From the IMG/VR virus record IMGVR_UViG_3300043812_000026: a stretch of DNA of 64,000 nucleotides; one strand, given 5' to 3'. This DNA is from a virus. Taxonomy: Duplodnaviria; Caudoviricetes. Numbering within the stretch: the first letter of the stretch is position 1; every line of letters starts with the position of its first letter. The notes below the pieces were generated by a model that was not told the origin of the DNA, made no database searches, and was given only the letters and a program-made list of their open reading frames with translations. A program made the position numbers and the translations under genes. This document shows, piece after piece, positions 49,652-61,950 of this stretch.

Positions 49652-50688
49652 TTTTTATCACCTCTTACTAGATACAGTAATGATTGTAGATTAACAGGTT
49701 GAGCCTTGTCTAACAATTCTTTAACTATTGTACTACCTAAATCATTAGCATCTTTATCTTTATAGGGATTTACAACTAAATATATCCGGTCTAGGCTAAT
49801 TCTTTGCTTTAGTCGATCTATTAACTTAATTTCTTCTTTCATAGCGTCATTATCTAAAAATACATAAAAGTACTTAGGGTTAGCTTTAAGCATGAGATTA
49901 ATCTGATCATCTGTAATTGCCTTACCTAAAGTAGCAACCCCTACATAATCAGCTATAGTCGAGCTAATTGCATTAAAAATACCTTCGCAGATAACCATTT
50001 TGTCTTTTACATGATTAAGGTTAAAAACAACATCTTTCCTAGAGTATTCATTGTCCTTAGCCAGTGCATTAAAAGACTTGATAAATGGATTAGGTTCAAT
50101 ACTTCTAGTACTCCAATAAATAACATCATTATTAAGACCATAAGTTGGGAAGATAATACTATTACTAATAGTCATATCCTTATCTTGGGTTTTGATAGTA
50201 CCAGAGGTAAGATAGCCCAGATTATATTTATATATTTGTTGTAGTGTAATTCCACGATTTTTAAGATACCATAAATAGGGATAAGACTCGGGATTATTAA
50301 GATTATCTCTTAATAGCTTAGTATTAGTAGGAAAAGCAGGACACTTTTTACCTACTTGTTTTTGCTTTTCTACTTTAGTGTTAAGAGCAACTAAGCGACT
50401 TAAAAGCGTTTCATTATCAACTGGCTCTACTTTAGGACTAGCGAAGTCTTCATCTTTTAACATATCACTAGCTTCTTTATAGGAAACATCATAATATTGC
50501 ATAAAAAAGCTGATTGGGCTGTTACCACGAGACTCACACTTAAAACAGATAAATTGACCTTTAGGAGAGATATAGAGCTTTTTATCATGCTCTCCACAAA
50601 AAGGACAATCTAAATGAACTTCACTCGTTGCAGTTTCTTGATAATCCTCATTAACACAATTAACAATAATTTGTTGTTCCCGAGTCAT
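49648..50688 (-). CDS. DNA primase
   Basis: CPFC..CFKC Zn finger, YLKNRGI, TOPRIM CEGIFNA and LDND, KDAND. Confidence 0.92.
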   Translation of the reverse strand: MTREQQIIVNCVNEDYQETATSEVHLDCPFCGEHDKKLYISPKGQFICFKCESRGNSPISFFMQYYDVSYKEASDMLKDEDFASPKVEPVDNETLLSRLVALNTKVEKQKQVGKKCPAFPTNTKLLRDNLNNPESYPYLWYLKNRGITLQQIYKYNLGYLTSGTIKTQDKDMTISNSIIFPTYGLNNDVIYWSTRSIEPNPFIKSFNALAKDNEYSRKDVVFNLNHVKDKMVICEGIFNAISSTIADYVGVATLGKAITDDQINLMLKANPKYFYVFLDNDAMKEEIKLIDRLKQRISLDRIYLVVNPYKDKDANDLGSTIVKELLDKAQPVNLQSLLYLVRGDKK

Positions 50689-50696
50689 AATTTCAC

Positions 50697-51320
50697 CTAT
50701 CTTACGTTATCCTCGTACATGATCTTGGCTACCTTTCTTTGATATTGGTTCATTCTAAATCCCATTCCAAGATCACTTAACATTGTCATTTCTTCTTTGG
50801 TTGCAAACTTTGTTGGGTTGGACTCAAGGGCGTTTGGGTTAACTCCCTCGTCATGTTCTCGTTTAATAATCTTTTGTTCAATATTGTCTAAAGTTTGGCT
50901 TAATAATAAGTAATTTCTTTGTACGTCTTGTAAAGTATAGAAACCATCCCAAGTCTTTAGACCTATTGACTTTAGCTTAGTAGTAATTCCTAGGTTAAAC
51001 ATATACATAGATTTATCTGTACCGAGTTCGTCTTTTTTATATTCATAATAATTATGTAAGAAATGGTGATTATCCTTAAACCGCTCTTGAATATCCTTAG
51101 GTGCAATTGGATCAACCTTTAACATAATATTATGGAACATCGATACATAATAATAATCAAAATAAAAAGACAACGGATACCAATACATACCATATTCAGC
51201 AGGAATATAGGCAACCTCAAGATTGCCTTGGCTTGATTGGCACTTTGCAACAATATAAATCCGTCCATCTTTTTTAGTAGCCTTAATTTTAAGACCGTTA
51301 GTATTTACTAAATCGAGCAT
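50697..51320 (-). CDS. Hypothetical protein (position of Twort-like anti-sigma factor gene)
   Basis: Synteny between sbcC and primase only. Confidence 0.5.
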   Translation of the reverse strand: MLDLVNTNGLKIKATKKDGRIYIVAKCQSSQGNLEVAYIPAEYGMYWYPLSFYFDYYYVSMFHNIMLKVDPIAPKDIQERFKDNHHFLHNYYEYKKDELGTDKSMYMFNLGITTKLKSIGLKTWDGFYTLQDVQRNYLLLSQTLDNIEQKIIKREHDEGVNPNALESNPTKFATKEEMTMLSDLGMGFRMNQYQRKVAKIMYEDNVR

Positions 51321-51403
51321 TAATAAACTAAAAACCCCTTATATCAAAGTATAGGTCTATTTTAAACCCATTCGATACAAGAGGTCAAGTAACCTTTAAA
51401 AGA

Positions 51404-53296
51404 TTAATTATTAACTAGTTTCGAAGTGTTGTCAACCTTTTTAACTAATAATTGATTATCAATATTATCATTAAACTTCATATCATCATTATGAGAAACA
51501 ATAATAATATTACCTACGCTTTGCTTTAAGTCACTTAATACATTAATAACGCTATCAATCCCCGCCTTATCTAATGAATCAAACACCTCATCAAATACCA
51601 CTAGGTTAAGTCCACCAATTTGTGACTTAAGATAGTTCATAAAAGCGAGATTAAGGGCAATCCCAATTCGGCGCTTTTCACCAGAAGATAAGTCTTGATA
51701 ATTGCTACCAGAAACACTAGAATCAACGTCTAAGCTAATCTGTTCATTAACCTTACCAGACTTAGTAGTAGTCTTATTATTAAGAGCTACGGTCATTGTA
51801 TTGTTAGTCAATACTTTTAAGATCTTTTCTAGTTGATCATTAAGATACGGAATAACTAAAGATAAGGCTTGAGCTTTAACACCCCGATCTGAATAAACTT
51901 TAGTAAGTTTTTCAAAATCCTCTTGGGCTAATTGTTGCTTATGTAGATCTGCTTCTGTTTCCTTAATCTGTTTTTCGATTCCAGCAGTATCTAATTGCTT
52001 TGGCTTTTCAATTGGTGTCTGTGCTTGTTCCAGTTCAGTTTTTAGCTGGTTGATGTCATTATTAAGACGATTAATTTCATTTACTAGATTTTCTTGCTCA
52101 TTGAGTTTTCGTTGGGCAACATTAAGAGCATTAGTTAGCTTACGGTACTGTTCCTGTTGCTTAGAAGCCTGCTCCTGCTCTTCTTTAGCGAGTTTAGCAT
52201 AATTGTCCACGTCTTGGTTAAGAGCGCTTAGACGGGGTGAGAGAGACTTATATGAGGTCATAAGCTCATTAGCTTTCTTATTCATATTGTTTAGCTCTAA
52301 TTGCTTATGTTCTGCATCTAATACATTTCCACACCAACTACATACTGCATTCTCTGAGTTTTGCAATTGCTTATATTGAGCAGATAAGTCAGTAAGCTGT
52401 TTCTTAATATTTTCCTGCTGTAATTCAATATTCTTTTGTTGAGCCTGTGCAGTTTGGAGCTTATTAGCATATTCATTACTATGTGTAAAGTTAAAAGCTG
52501 ATACCTGTTGTTGATAAGTGTTATATTCTGTTTTAACAGACTCGTGGATTGTTGGGTTGTAATTAAGCGAGTCTAATTTAGCTTTCCTTAGCCTCATTTG
52601 ATTTTCAAGATTATCAACCCGTTGCTTTTGCATAGCTACAGATTGCTCATGTTGGCGTTGTAGGGCTGTTTGACTATCCATTAAGGTATCTAGTCGTTCT
52701 AGCTCTTTTTTATCCTCTATGAGCTTGCTAGACGATTCTTTGCTGTCTTCCTTAACTAATTGTAAGGCTTGCTTATAAATATTAGTATTAGTAAGTTCTT
52801 CTAGGATTTCCTTACGGTGCTTATCTGTAGCACTAATGAATGTATTAAGCTTTTCAGGACTAAAAATAACAGAGTTAAGTAAAGTATCAAAGCCAAAACC
52901 TAAAGTAGCTACAATCTCCTTATCCGTTTCCTTATTAGTCGATAGGGTAACGTCTTTACCATCTCGATACATGATTACTTTATTTTTAAATTCTTTATCC
53001 TTACGGTAACGAGTAATCTCATATTCATGACCAAAATGGGTAAATACTACTTTAGCAAAACAATTCTTACCTACGTCATTCTTAATCACTTCATCACTTT
53101 TAGCACCGTCTGGAGTTTCACCATAAAGAGCATAAATCATCGCATAGATAATCGAACTTTTTCCAGATCCATTTGTCCTCTCACTATCAATACCAGTGTT
53201 TTGACCATTAAGCAGAGTTAATCCTAGATCATTTAGTTCGAGCTTAAAGTGGCTAAAACTACGAAAATTTTGAGCTTCAATTGTTTTTATCCTCAT
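51404..53296 (-). CDS. Rad50/SbcC-like ATPase
   Basis: NFRSF, NGSGKSS, coiled coil with CSWC hook, LSSGEKRR, FDEVFDSLD, VSH. Confidence 0.93.
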   Translation of the reverse strand: MRIKTIEAQNFRSFSHFKLELNDLGLTLLNGQNTGIDSERTNGSGKSSIIYAMIYALYGETPDGAKSDEVIKNDVGKNCFAKVVFTHFGHEYEITRYRKDKEFKNKVIMYRDGKDVTLSTNKETDKEIVATLGFGFDTLLNSVIFSPEKLNTFISATDKHRKEILEELTNTNIYKQALQLVKEDSKESSSKLIEDKKELERLDTLMDSQTALQRQHEQSVAMQKQRVDNLENQMRLRKAKLDSLNYNPTIHESVKTEYNTYQQQVSAFNFTHSNEYANKLQTAQAQQKNIELQQENIKKQLTDLSAQYKQLQNSENAVCSWCGNVLDAEHKQLELNNMNKKANELMTSYKSLSPRLSALNQDVDNYAKLAKEEQEQASKQQEQYRKLTNALNVAQRKLNEQENLVNEINRLNNDINQLKTELEQAQTPIEKPKQLDTAGIEKQIKETEADLHKQQLAQEDFEKLTKVYSDRGVKAQALSLVIPYLNDQLEKILKVLTNNTMTVALNNKTTTKSGKVNEQISLDVDSSVSGSNYQDLSSGEKRRIGIALNLAFMNYLKSQIGGLNLVVFDEVFDSLDKAGIDSVINVLSDLKQSVGNIIIVSHNDDMKFNDNIDNQLLVKKVDNTSKLVNN

Positions 53297-53314
53297 TATT
53301 ATACTTCCTTTTAT

Positions 53315-54778
53315 TTATTTATTAGGGCTAATAGCATCATTAATCGTTTGAATTAATTCTGCGTTTTTATCTATTTTATTACTAGGACGTGAATGGGTTG
53401 TATTTGATTCATCTAAAGTAGCTAAGTGGTCTGCTTGTTCATCTTTTGACTCGGGGTGCAGACGCATAGACTTTAAATCATACCGTAAGTACATAAAGTT
53501 ATCATCAAAACCAAAGTTATTACGAACCTTATCTAAATAAAGTCTAATGTAACCTTTCTTATATTCTTCTGGCGTTGAGTTCAAAGTAGCACCGAAGGCA
53601 ATTGTGTTCTTCTTACGATATGAACCTTCCACATTTTCCATGGTCTTAATTTCAGCAATCCCCGAACCACGATTAAGCTGAGAAGCAGTAAAGATTAAAG
53701 TATCTGTTTCTTGAGCTAAACGAACTAAATCTTGGTAAAGCAATTCTCCCGCTTGTGCTTCATTATCAGAATACTGTTTCTTAATAAGTAAGTCGGCATA
53801 GTCCAAGATAACTACTTCAATCTTAGTTTGCTTTTCTCGTTCTACTTTATTAATTACTTGTCTTACATCGTCTACCGTCCATGTTAATGGGGTAGACTTT
53901 GCATAATAAACATTTCCTACCATTTGATTTTCATTTACTTTACTGTAGTAGTTATGAACTCGTTCCTTATAGTCTTCTCTGATTTCACCATCGGGAGTAA
54001 ATACATCATGTATATCAGAATTAGTAATAATCCGGTCAAAACGTAAAATCTGATCGGTATTTAACTCTTCTAGTGTAATATGTAAAACATTATGGTGAGC
54101 AACCATTGAATAGTAATAAGTAAGATTGGATAAGAAACTACTTTTACCCCGTCCAGAAGGAGCATTAATAACTGCGATTTGTCCTGTTTCTAATCCCCCA
54201 CCAGTAACAACATCTAATGGTTTTAGACCAGAATACAGCTTACGATTACCAAACTCATCATAAATAGCTTCCTTACGGGCTAGGTCTTTAAAAATATCGA
54301 TAACTTCGTAATCTGTTCCAGTAAGCTTAATTTCATTAATTTTAGCCATTCGCTTTTCTACCCGCTCCGAAATATGATCGGATCCTTTAGTAGCTTCTTC
54401 AATAATGGCCTGATTACCTAATTGAGTATGTACATAATTTTCCAGCTCAGTAAGAACAACTGTATTATTATCCTCTTTTGCATTAATAAGATTAGAGGTA
54501 GTTTGAAACAAACCATTTAATACATTGTCTGGAACAGTAGTGTTACTTCTTTCTGCTTGTCTCTTTAGACGTTCTTCAACTTTTAAGTTAAGAGCATTTA
54601 GGCTTAAGGGTTCGTCTGTAGTTGCATAGTATTGGACTACAGTTTCAGCAATTAGTTTATAAGTAGGATCTTTAATTAGCACTCCCACATTACGTGACAA
54701 TACATTCTTAGCAGTATGAGCACTATGGATTGATCTTATTAATAATTGCTCTTCTTTTTGACGGCTATCTAATTCCAT
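53315..54778 (-). CDS. DnaB-like replicative helicase
   Basis: APSGRGKS, ITLEE, ILDYADLL, TASQLNR, DKVRN. Confidence 0.92.
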   Translation of the reverse strand: MELDSRQKEEQLLIRSIHSAHTAKNVLSRNVGVLIKDPTYKLIAETVVQYYATTDEPLSLNALNLKVEERLKRQAERSNTTVPDNVLNGLFQTTSNLINAKEDNNTVVLTELENYVHTQLGNQAIIEEATKGSDHISERVEKRMAKINEIKLTGTDYEVIDIFKDLARKEAIYDEFGNRKLYSGLKPLDVVTGGGLETGQIAVINAPSGRGKSSFLSNLTYYYSMVAHHNVLHITLEELNTDQILRFDRIITNSDIHDVFTPDGEIREDYKERVHNYYSKVNENQMVGNVYYAKSTPLTWTVDDVRQVINKVEREKQTKIEVVILDYADLLIKKQYSDNEAQAGELLYQDLVRLAQETDTLIFTASQLNRGSGIAEIKTMENVEGSYRKKNTIAFGATLNSTPEEYKKGYIRLYLDKVRNNFGFDDNFMYLRYDLKSMRLHPESKDEQADHLATLDESNTTHSRPSNKIDKNAELIQTINDAISPNK

Positions 54779-55521
54779 TAAATTATTAATCCTCTCTGAT
54801 TAAGATAATGGTAAGCATTGAATAGATACTTTAATTCATCTGGGTCTCGAAGCTCTATTTCATTATTAATTCCATAATAGTAATAGCTGTATTCCGTTAC
54901 TCCTAAATGATGACTTAGGGCTTCATGTGGCTCCTTACAAATCAAAAATATTACTGGTTCAAAATACTCCACACCATCTAATAATAACATATTATCCCAC
55001 GTTTTATTAGAGCGTTTTAGAAGTAATCTTCTAACCTTTTCCATTGAAACATTAATATAAGAAGTGTTACGATAGTCAAAAACTCTTTCTTTAAGATAAG
55101 TCTTTTCTTCACTATATAATTCCTTAATTGGAATTTTAAATAGCATATTAAGAGCCTTTAAGTAAAGGTTGTCTAAGGTAACATATAGGTTTATATTAGC
55201 TAGTTTTCGGTATTTATCTTTTCCATCATAAGCCTTTAGAATCATTTCTTGATTAAAGTTACCCAAAGGCATGAATGGGATAGTTTTACGTTTTCGATTA
55301 AGGTATAAATAGTAATCAAAAACGCTAGACATTAACCAGACGGGATTTTCTTGCAATTTTAAACTTAAATCATAAAAATCATTCATAATCTGCTGATCTA
55401 ACTTACTAGGCTTAACAAAATAATTTACCATAGCTGTCTTATCTTCTGCTAAGGTGTAGTTAAAACAATCATAGGCTTGTCCTAGCAGATAGACATAATC
55501 TTCTTTTAAATAATTACACAT
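54778..55521 (-). CDS. Hypothetical protein coupled to helicase (possible loader/replication protein)
   Basis: Stop/start overlap with helicase; own promoter. Confidence 0.55.
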   Translation of the reverse strand: MCNYLKEDYVYLLGQAYDCFNYTLAEDKTAMVNYFVKPSKLDQQIMNDFYDLSLKLQENPVWLMSSVFDYYLYLNRKRKTIPFMPLGNFNQEMILKAYDGKDKYRKLANINLYVTLDNLYLKALNMLFKIPIKELYSEEKTYLKERVFDYRNTSYINVSMEKVRRLLLKRSNKTWDNMLLLDGVEYFEPVIFLICKEPHEALSHHLGVTEYSYYYYGINNEIELRDPDELKYLFNAYHYLNQRGLII

Positions 55522-55636
55522 TACATCACCAGCCTGTTTTATTGTTAACTCTACTATAACACTTTTAGTTGAATTTTCAACTACTTTTATATAAAAAGAT
55601 AAAAATAAAAAGAGAGGTAGGAATTTTACCCCTCCT

Positions 55637-56002
55637 TTATTGTAAGTGGATATGCCCTAAGATAGTTGGAATAAAGGCAATCAAAATGGGTAACCAGATC
55701 AAAGTCCATGTATTGTTCTTCTGCTGATTATCCTTTTCTAGCTGTTTACTCTTCTCTAGGGCTTCTTGTGCCTTATCCCGTGCTTTAGTGGAATCCTCTT
55801 CCACACTATCAATACGAGTATTAAAATCTTGCTTTAACTCATCAAATTTACGATTAGATTGATCTATCTTCTCATTTAATGAATTAATTTCAGTTTGAAT
55901 AGACGCATTAGAAGATTTCAGTTCCATTAACAAGTTAAAGATTGTATCGTTATCTACCTGCATAGTAGATTTACCTTGATTATTGTCTCTACTTTCCGCC
56001 AT
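55637..56002 (-). CDS. Coiled-coil protein with C-terminal TM helix (lysis-cassette associated)
   Basis: Start probably MAESRD at 56002; follows holin. Confidence 0.6.
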   Translation of the reverse strand: MAESRDNNQGKSTMQVDNDTIFNLLMELKSSNASIQTEINSLNEKIDQSNRKFDELKQDFNTRIDSVEEDSTKARDKAQEALEKSKQLEKDNQQKNNTWTLIWLPILIAFIPTILGHIHLQ

Positions 56003-56468
56003 TTTCAGATACTTGGTTAGTAGCTGGTTGACTTGCTTGGATATTATCTTTTCCTTGTTCTGGTACTGTTGGAGCTGGCTTTTCCACCGTAGTATTAGCA
56101 CTTTTTAGTTGCTGAGGATCAGTAGGTGTAGTAGGTTGGCTCACACTTCCATAAACCTGTTCTAAACGATCTTTTTGGGTAAACCAAGAACGTTCAATTT
56201 GTGCTTTAATTAAGCTTTCATCAACATCTGTAATACCTAAAGCTTTAAGCTGGCTATTAACAAAGTTAAGAGCATATTGGAATTGCTCATTACCAGTAAG
56301 TTGTTTTGTTAAGCCAAGCTTTTCAGCTTCTACCACTGCCATGCTAACTAGGTTCTCAATCTTATATGCTTGTTCCCCTAGCTTATGATTATTAATCAGT
56401 TGTTGACCAATCCAGCCCATTACAACTGGAATTAATGCAATCGCAATCGCCATCAGTAAATCGTGCAT
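55989..56468 (-). CDS. Holin, LL-H family
   Basis: Single N-terminal TM; AV..AE....G.E.F..A..FV...L...GI......I.A.IE. Confidence 0.78.
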   Translation of the reverse strand: MHDLLMAIAIALIPVVMGWIGQQLINNHKLGEQAYKIENLVSMAVVEAEKLGLTKQLTGNEQFQYALNFVNSQLKALGITDVDESLIKAQIERSWFTQKDRLEQVYGSVSQPTTPTDPQQLKSANTTVEKPAPTVPEQGKDNIQASQPATNQVSENGGK

Positions 56469-56607
56469 TTTATTCTTCCTCTCTGATTATCAATCAAGTC
56501 AGGTAAATCTAATCTGTGCTAGTTCTAATATAGGATATTTAAGGTAAAGAAAAAGTACCTAGCAGTTAAACTAAGTACTTTCTAATTTAATCTAGTTTTA
56601 CAAACTA

Positions 56608-59600
56608 CTATACGTCATACTTAAAAACTCCAGATAATTTTCTTACCTTAGGGCTTCTAAAATTGCTAGAAGCATGGAGATTAAGACGAACCTTAAACTG
56701 AGTAGCTAAATGATGTTGATCCGTTGCATTAGGAACAGTTGCTTGGAAGATATAACGAGTAAAGTAAGGACTAACTTGCTTAGTTGAGGTTGGTTTAGAA
56801 CCGCTAGAAGCGTCCTTATTTAACGTTGTACTCTTTCCACCGTCCTCTGGGAAATTATACCAAGTATTCCCACCGTCTACCGAATACATAGGTAATACAT
56901 AAGACTCCTCTGCTCCCGGATTAGGAATATAAGCGTCATATTGAATCTTAACCTTATTAAAATGAGCATCACCCGACTCGTCTAAGTTAATAGATTCATA
57001 ATGAGCCTTAGTACCAGTAAGGATAGATACTAAACTTAGCGACTCAGTAGTTAAGATAGGAGCAATGTATCTATCAGTAGTAAACTCAGCCATTAACTGG
57101 ATAGCATAAGTGTTTTGGAATAAAGCAAGTTCACCATCAAGTTGTTGTGGATCATTACTTGTCGTAATCTTAGGAACAGTAGTAGTAGTAGTCCCCGGAA
57201 CAGATACCACTTTATTGTTATTATTAACAACTAATGGTTTCCATTGTGCCTTATCCAATATAGTAGTTAAATTATTGCTACCATCGGTATTAATATCTGA
57301 TTGCTGAACTAGCTTAATGTACCAGTGCATAGCAGTGTTTTGATAAGTTAAGAAGTTAGTCAAGGTGGCTAAACGGTCAACCGCTGATAGATAAGTGTTA
57401 GGAGTTGTTCCTTTATAGTCCATGTTAGGTCCCATATCAGTTTCCTTATCCCAAACTGTATTAGCAGATTGGTTAAAGTCAGACATAATAATTGGGTCAA
57501 AAACAACTTGACCATTATCTAAGAACTCAGCTACGTTAACTCTGAACTTCAAACTAGAAGCACCGTCAGCAGTCCAAGTCATACCATTGTTAGAAATGAA
57601 TAGGTCACCATTTGAGTTAGGTGCTTTACCTAAAACATCACCCACATTAGCAGAAACAGTAGACGAAATAACAAAGTTTTGACCAGTAGCTTGTGGGTCA
57701 TCATTATAGATAGCTTGGTAGTTAGTGTTGTAACCAGTTTCAGACTTACCAGCGCTCATAACAGTTTCACCCTTAGTAGCCTTAAAGACAGTATACTCAT
57801 TACTATCTGAAATTAAGACCACCGCATAACCTTCGTTAGCTTTAAGAGTAACTGGATCATCAAAGGTAATCCGAGTTGCAACACTACCGTCATTACTAGT
57901 ATGAATTTCTTCTGGGTCCAGATATTGCTCTGCTCTAACTATTCGATTAGGATATTGGGTATCTCCTAATTCCCGAATTTGAACGATTAATTGAGGACGA
58001 TGGGCTTCATTACTATTAGCACTAGCGGGCTTAGTCATAAAGTACAAGTCGATAGACGATAATTGTCTAGTTTCTTGTAGGTAGAATGATTGAGCTAATG
58101 GGTCCCAAAGGTTAACAGTATAAGTTTGTTTTTCAATAACGTTAGTGGTTGTTCTAAGAGTACCATTAGCGGTGTAGTTAGTAGAAGCCACATCACCACT
58201 ACCATTAACAATCTTAACTACTCGGGTCCCACAACGAATAGATCCACCCGGAATTACAAAAGTACCATGAATCTCACCTTTATTATCAGCCTTAAAGGTA
58301 TTAGCTTTAGTTCCTTTATAGTTGTCGTTTTCGGGGGTAGGTTCTTGAACTGGAGTACCATCAATCGTAATTGTGTAACCATCAGTTAAAGGTCTAAAGT
58401 TAGTAGCCTTAAAAGTAATCTTCTTAGATCTCATGTATTCGACTAAAGAGTCCGTAGTAGAAGTACCCCCATCACCAATCATCCAACCAGTTTGACCTAA
58501 GGTGTTACCAGCACCAGTATCAACAACCCCGTTAAGACCACCATAACGCATTAACTGTTGACCAGCTTGATCAATGGCGTGTTCTTGTGCAGTACGACCA
58601 TCATTATACCAGCCCATGCTAGTATCACTCATGTGTCTCCACCACTTATCCATGTTAATCGTACCTTTATCAACACGCTTAAAATCAGTAGTAGTCTTAC
58701 TATCAATCCAATTATCAACAGCAGGATCAATAGTTAAATTACCATTAGCAGAGAAAATATTAAACTCATTAATATTAATAACACCAGTGGCAATAGATTG
58801 GCTAAGTGCTTCAACTTCATGATAAGGTGGACGAACTAATTTACCATGCAATGAAATATTAGAAAGAGCCTTATTCATGTCAGGTGATAAATCAGCCTTA
58901 GCTTGTGCTGGAATAGAAATTTCACCATTTTCAAAGTCATATGCAACATTACTATTACTGTCGTCACGGTTAGCAATTGTAGCAAAACTATCAGCAAAAG
59001 CATCTTTCAATACTACTGGGTCTTCTGAACGCTTGACATCAGATTGCATATAATTAAGAGCCATGTTGTATTCTGCATTATCTAAACGATGTCCCCATTG
59101 TTGTAATGATTCAAAAGTAATCCGAGTAATGGTTTGCATAGTAAAGACAGCATTATGCGAATTAGGCTCAATATATACATAACCAAGTTCAAGCGTTAAT
59201 GGATCATCTACTACTGGAGGGGTAATTGAATTAATTGGTCCGGGTTGTCCCTTAATAATCTTAAATGGATTTGCTTGATCCATAGTAATTCTAATCATAT
59301 CAATCCGAGCAGTAAAGTAACTGTAAGTAACATTAATTGTTGAACCCGCAACTGGTTTAGCACCTTTCATGCTATCAATATCAATAGAGGTAACACCATC
59401 TTGTACAGCTACTCGATAATCGGTACCCTCTTTAGCATTAGTAGCATAGTCATAAGTAATATTATAACTTTGTCCGGGAGTAGGTAGGTCATTAGCATTT
59501 GGAAGAGGATTACCCTTAAGATCAACTCCCCAGTAAATAGTATTCCCTACATACGTGAAATGTTTTCCGTCTTCAAATTCTTTTGCATTATTCCAAACTT

Positions 59601-61121
59601 TACGAATATAAGTAACATTCTTATTAGTAAAGTTATCCTTAACATCACTACCTGCACCGCGTGCATGATTAATGGTTTCACGTGACGTATAAGTAACCCC
59701 AGAAACATTTCTAACTGGTTGGTTAATTAATTGGTAATTTGAGCCATCGCCACGATAGTAGAAACCTTCGTTAGTTGCAGTACCTAATTGATTAGCAACG
59801 TCAAGTTTAAGCGTAGTAGGTTCAGAAGTAGAGATACTATAACCCTGTACATAAGCTTGTCCTGCATCAATGTCAAGTAAAATCTTGTTTGCGTCTGTTG
59901 GGTCTTGTGCCCCTTTAGACGGATCTGGATTCTTTCTCAAGTGGGCTTCAAAACCATAAGAACGGAAAGAACCAGATTGGTCATAGGTACGTTTAGCTAA
60001 AATTGGTTCTAGGTTAGAGTAATCTGGTTTAATTGCTCTTTGATTAAGAACGTTATCTTGGAATACTACAAAAGGTGTAGCACTGGCATCTTGATAGGTA
60101 AGAGCAACATTATAATGAAGTCGATCTGCTCCAGCTTCACCCTTAGTTACTGCACCGGGAGTATCATCAAGTAAGGATGGGTCATCACTAGCCGTAACAA
60201 TATTTTCATCTAGTCTTAAACCAATTTCTTCTCGACCAGTTCCCTTAATTGAAAAGTCTTGTTGGTCAAATTCTCGAACAGCACCGTTTAAGTATACCCG
60301 ACCAGACCTTACAGTATAGTCCTTAATCCGTTCAGTATCAGAAGCAGTACCAGAGTCTTTAGAATTAATCTTCCAATCAGTAGCCTCATTACCATCTTCA
60401 ATATAAAGCTTATCAATATTAACTTCAGCAGTATTAGAAGGTTGGATCATAACCAGCATTAATTGCAAGCTTAAAACTAACAGAACCAGAAGCCTTAGTA
60501 CGATACTTAACAACAAACTTATGTGAGCCATCATTAAGATTAACTTGGTTCCCATTAGTCAAAACTAAAGCAGAAGCATTAGTTAAATCAGTAATACTAG
60601 AGCTAATAGTGTTACCGTCTACAGTCCAGCTAATTAATTCTAGCTTACTGTCGTCACCCTACTAAGTTAATCTTATTTAAATTACCAGAGTTCTTACTAA
60701 TAGTAAAGCTTACTACTACGCCTAACCCCTGAGTAACGTTACCAGTAAAGTCAATAGAAGGAACATCAGTAGGTAAGTTACCCTCTGTTGTTACCGTAAT
60801 TCTACCGTCTCGAACGTAGCCACCCGTTGAATACTTAGAATTATTGGCAAACAAACTAGCTACTGAGAATGAGTTTGGCATTTTAGTATCTGCTGTTGTC
60901 CGATCTGGTTTTGGAATAATTTCCATCCCAGAAATAATAGCCCCTTCTTGAAAAAGGGAATCACCTAGCATTTCTAGTTGATTGTTTTGAATACTTTGCA
61001 ATTCAAGCAACTCTGAACTTAGTGCAGGTCTTCCGGGGCGGAATAAAACCTTAGAAAATCTCTTAGAGAGGTTAAAGTGGTTTCCATAAGGTTGTTGGCT
61101 ATCATCAATTGTTCCTGCCAT
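56608..61121 (-). CDS. Large baseplate/adsorption-associated tail protein (DUF4815-like), two +1 frameshifts (~60658, ~60440)
   Basis: PY..F....F.KVLFRPGRPA..SEL.ELQSI N-terminus, GADRL, LAKRTYDQSG, GQAYVQGY, DPLAQSF; deleting 2 nt gives 1503 aa. Confidence 0.85.
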
Positions 61122-61156
61122 ATACTTTTATCATTCCTTTCTACTTAGGTTTTAAT

Positions 61157-61705
61157 CTAAAACTGAATCATGTATTTCATAATCTTACGTTGTGTATTAC
61201 CATATGTTTCCATTGGTCTATTTTCATAGAAATACATATTACCCCAATTAGTAACATTTTGCTTTTGTGCTTCATGTTTTGACGGAGCATTATCTGCAAT
61301 TGCTACATCTTCTGCTACACCGATTTGAGTAAAGCTAAACATTGGTAACTTAGCTACGTCTAAAGTACCAATTAAACAAACATAGTTAGCAGGTTGGAGT
61401 AATTGGTTATTACTTAATACTTGGTCTGATCTAATAGTCTTCCACTTGCTACCCTTATAGATAACAAAATCGTCACCATCCGAAGCACTGTCTGGAACGT
61501 GTTCATCTGTCTTATAGCATAACACTAACCGATCAACCTTAACTACGGCTAATGGATTCTCAATCATAGTAGTAGTTACACTCTCAGGGCTAGGACTAGA
61601 CGGGTCCGGCCAGTCTTTATCCCGACCTAATACAAAGTAAAGATCACGTTTTTGGCTAAAATCAATAGCTTGGAGAACGTGTCCCATGTTAGTTTCAATT
61701 GCCAA
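61157..61705 (-). CDS. Baseplate structural protein
   Basis: MAIETN.GHV..A....YFVLGR..W.D...P.PE..ENRP pattern; synteny. Confidence 0.72.
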   Translation of the reverse strand: MAIETNMGHVLQAIDFSQKRDLYFVLGRDKDWPDPSSPSPESVTTTMIENPLAVVKVDRLVLCYKTDEHVPDSASDGDDFVIYKGSKWKTIRSDQVLSNNQLLQPANYVCLIGTLDVAKLPMFSFTQIGVAEDVAIADNAPSKHEAQKQNVTNWGNMYFYENRPMETYGNTQRKIMKYMIQF

Positions 61706-61707
61706 TT

Positions 61708-61950
61708 CTATTCACCCCTTACTTCTACACTCGTAGTAGATACGTAGAGCTGAATAGAAGCAGGAGGATTAGGAATGATAATATCGTCTGGTTTTGTAAA
61801 GTATTTCTTATGTAAGACTTGTGCCTCTTTTTCATCAATCCAGCCGAAATCTACAGCCTTATCGATGTACCATTCTTCCTTAAATACTCCTTTTTCATAA
61901 CCCGCACACATCTGGTTATACCAATAATTGTCGTAAAATTCAGCTCTCAT
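61708..61950 (-). CDS. XkdX-like protein with C-terminal tag
   Basis: YEKGVF....IDKAVDFGWIDEKE. Confidence 0.65.
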   Translation of the reverse strand: MRAEFYDNYWYNQMCAGYEKGVFKEEWYIDKAVDFGWIDEKEAQVLHKKYFTKPDDIIIPNPPASIQLYVSTTSVEVRGE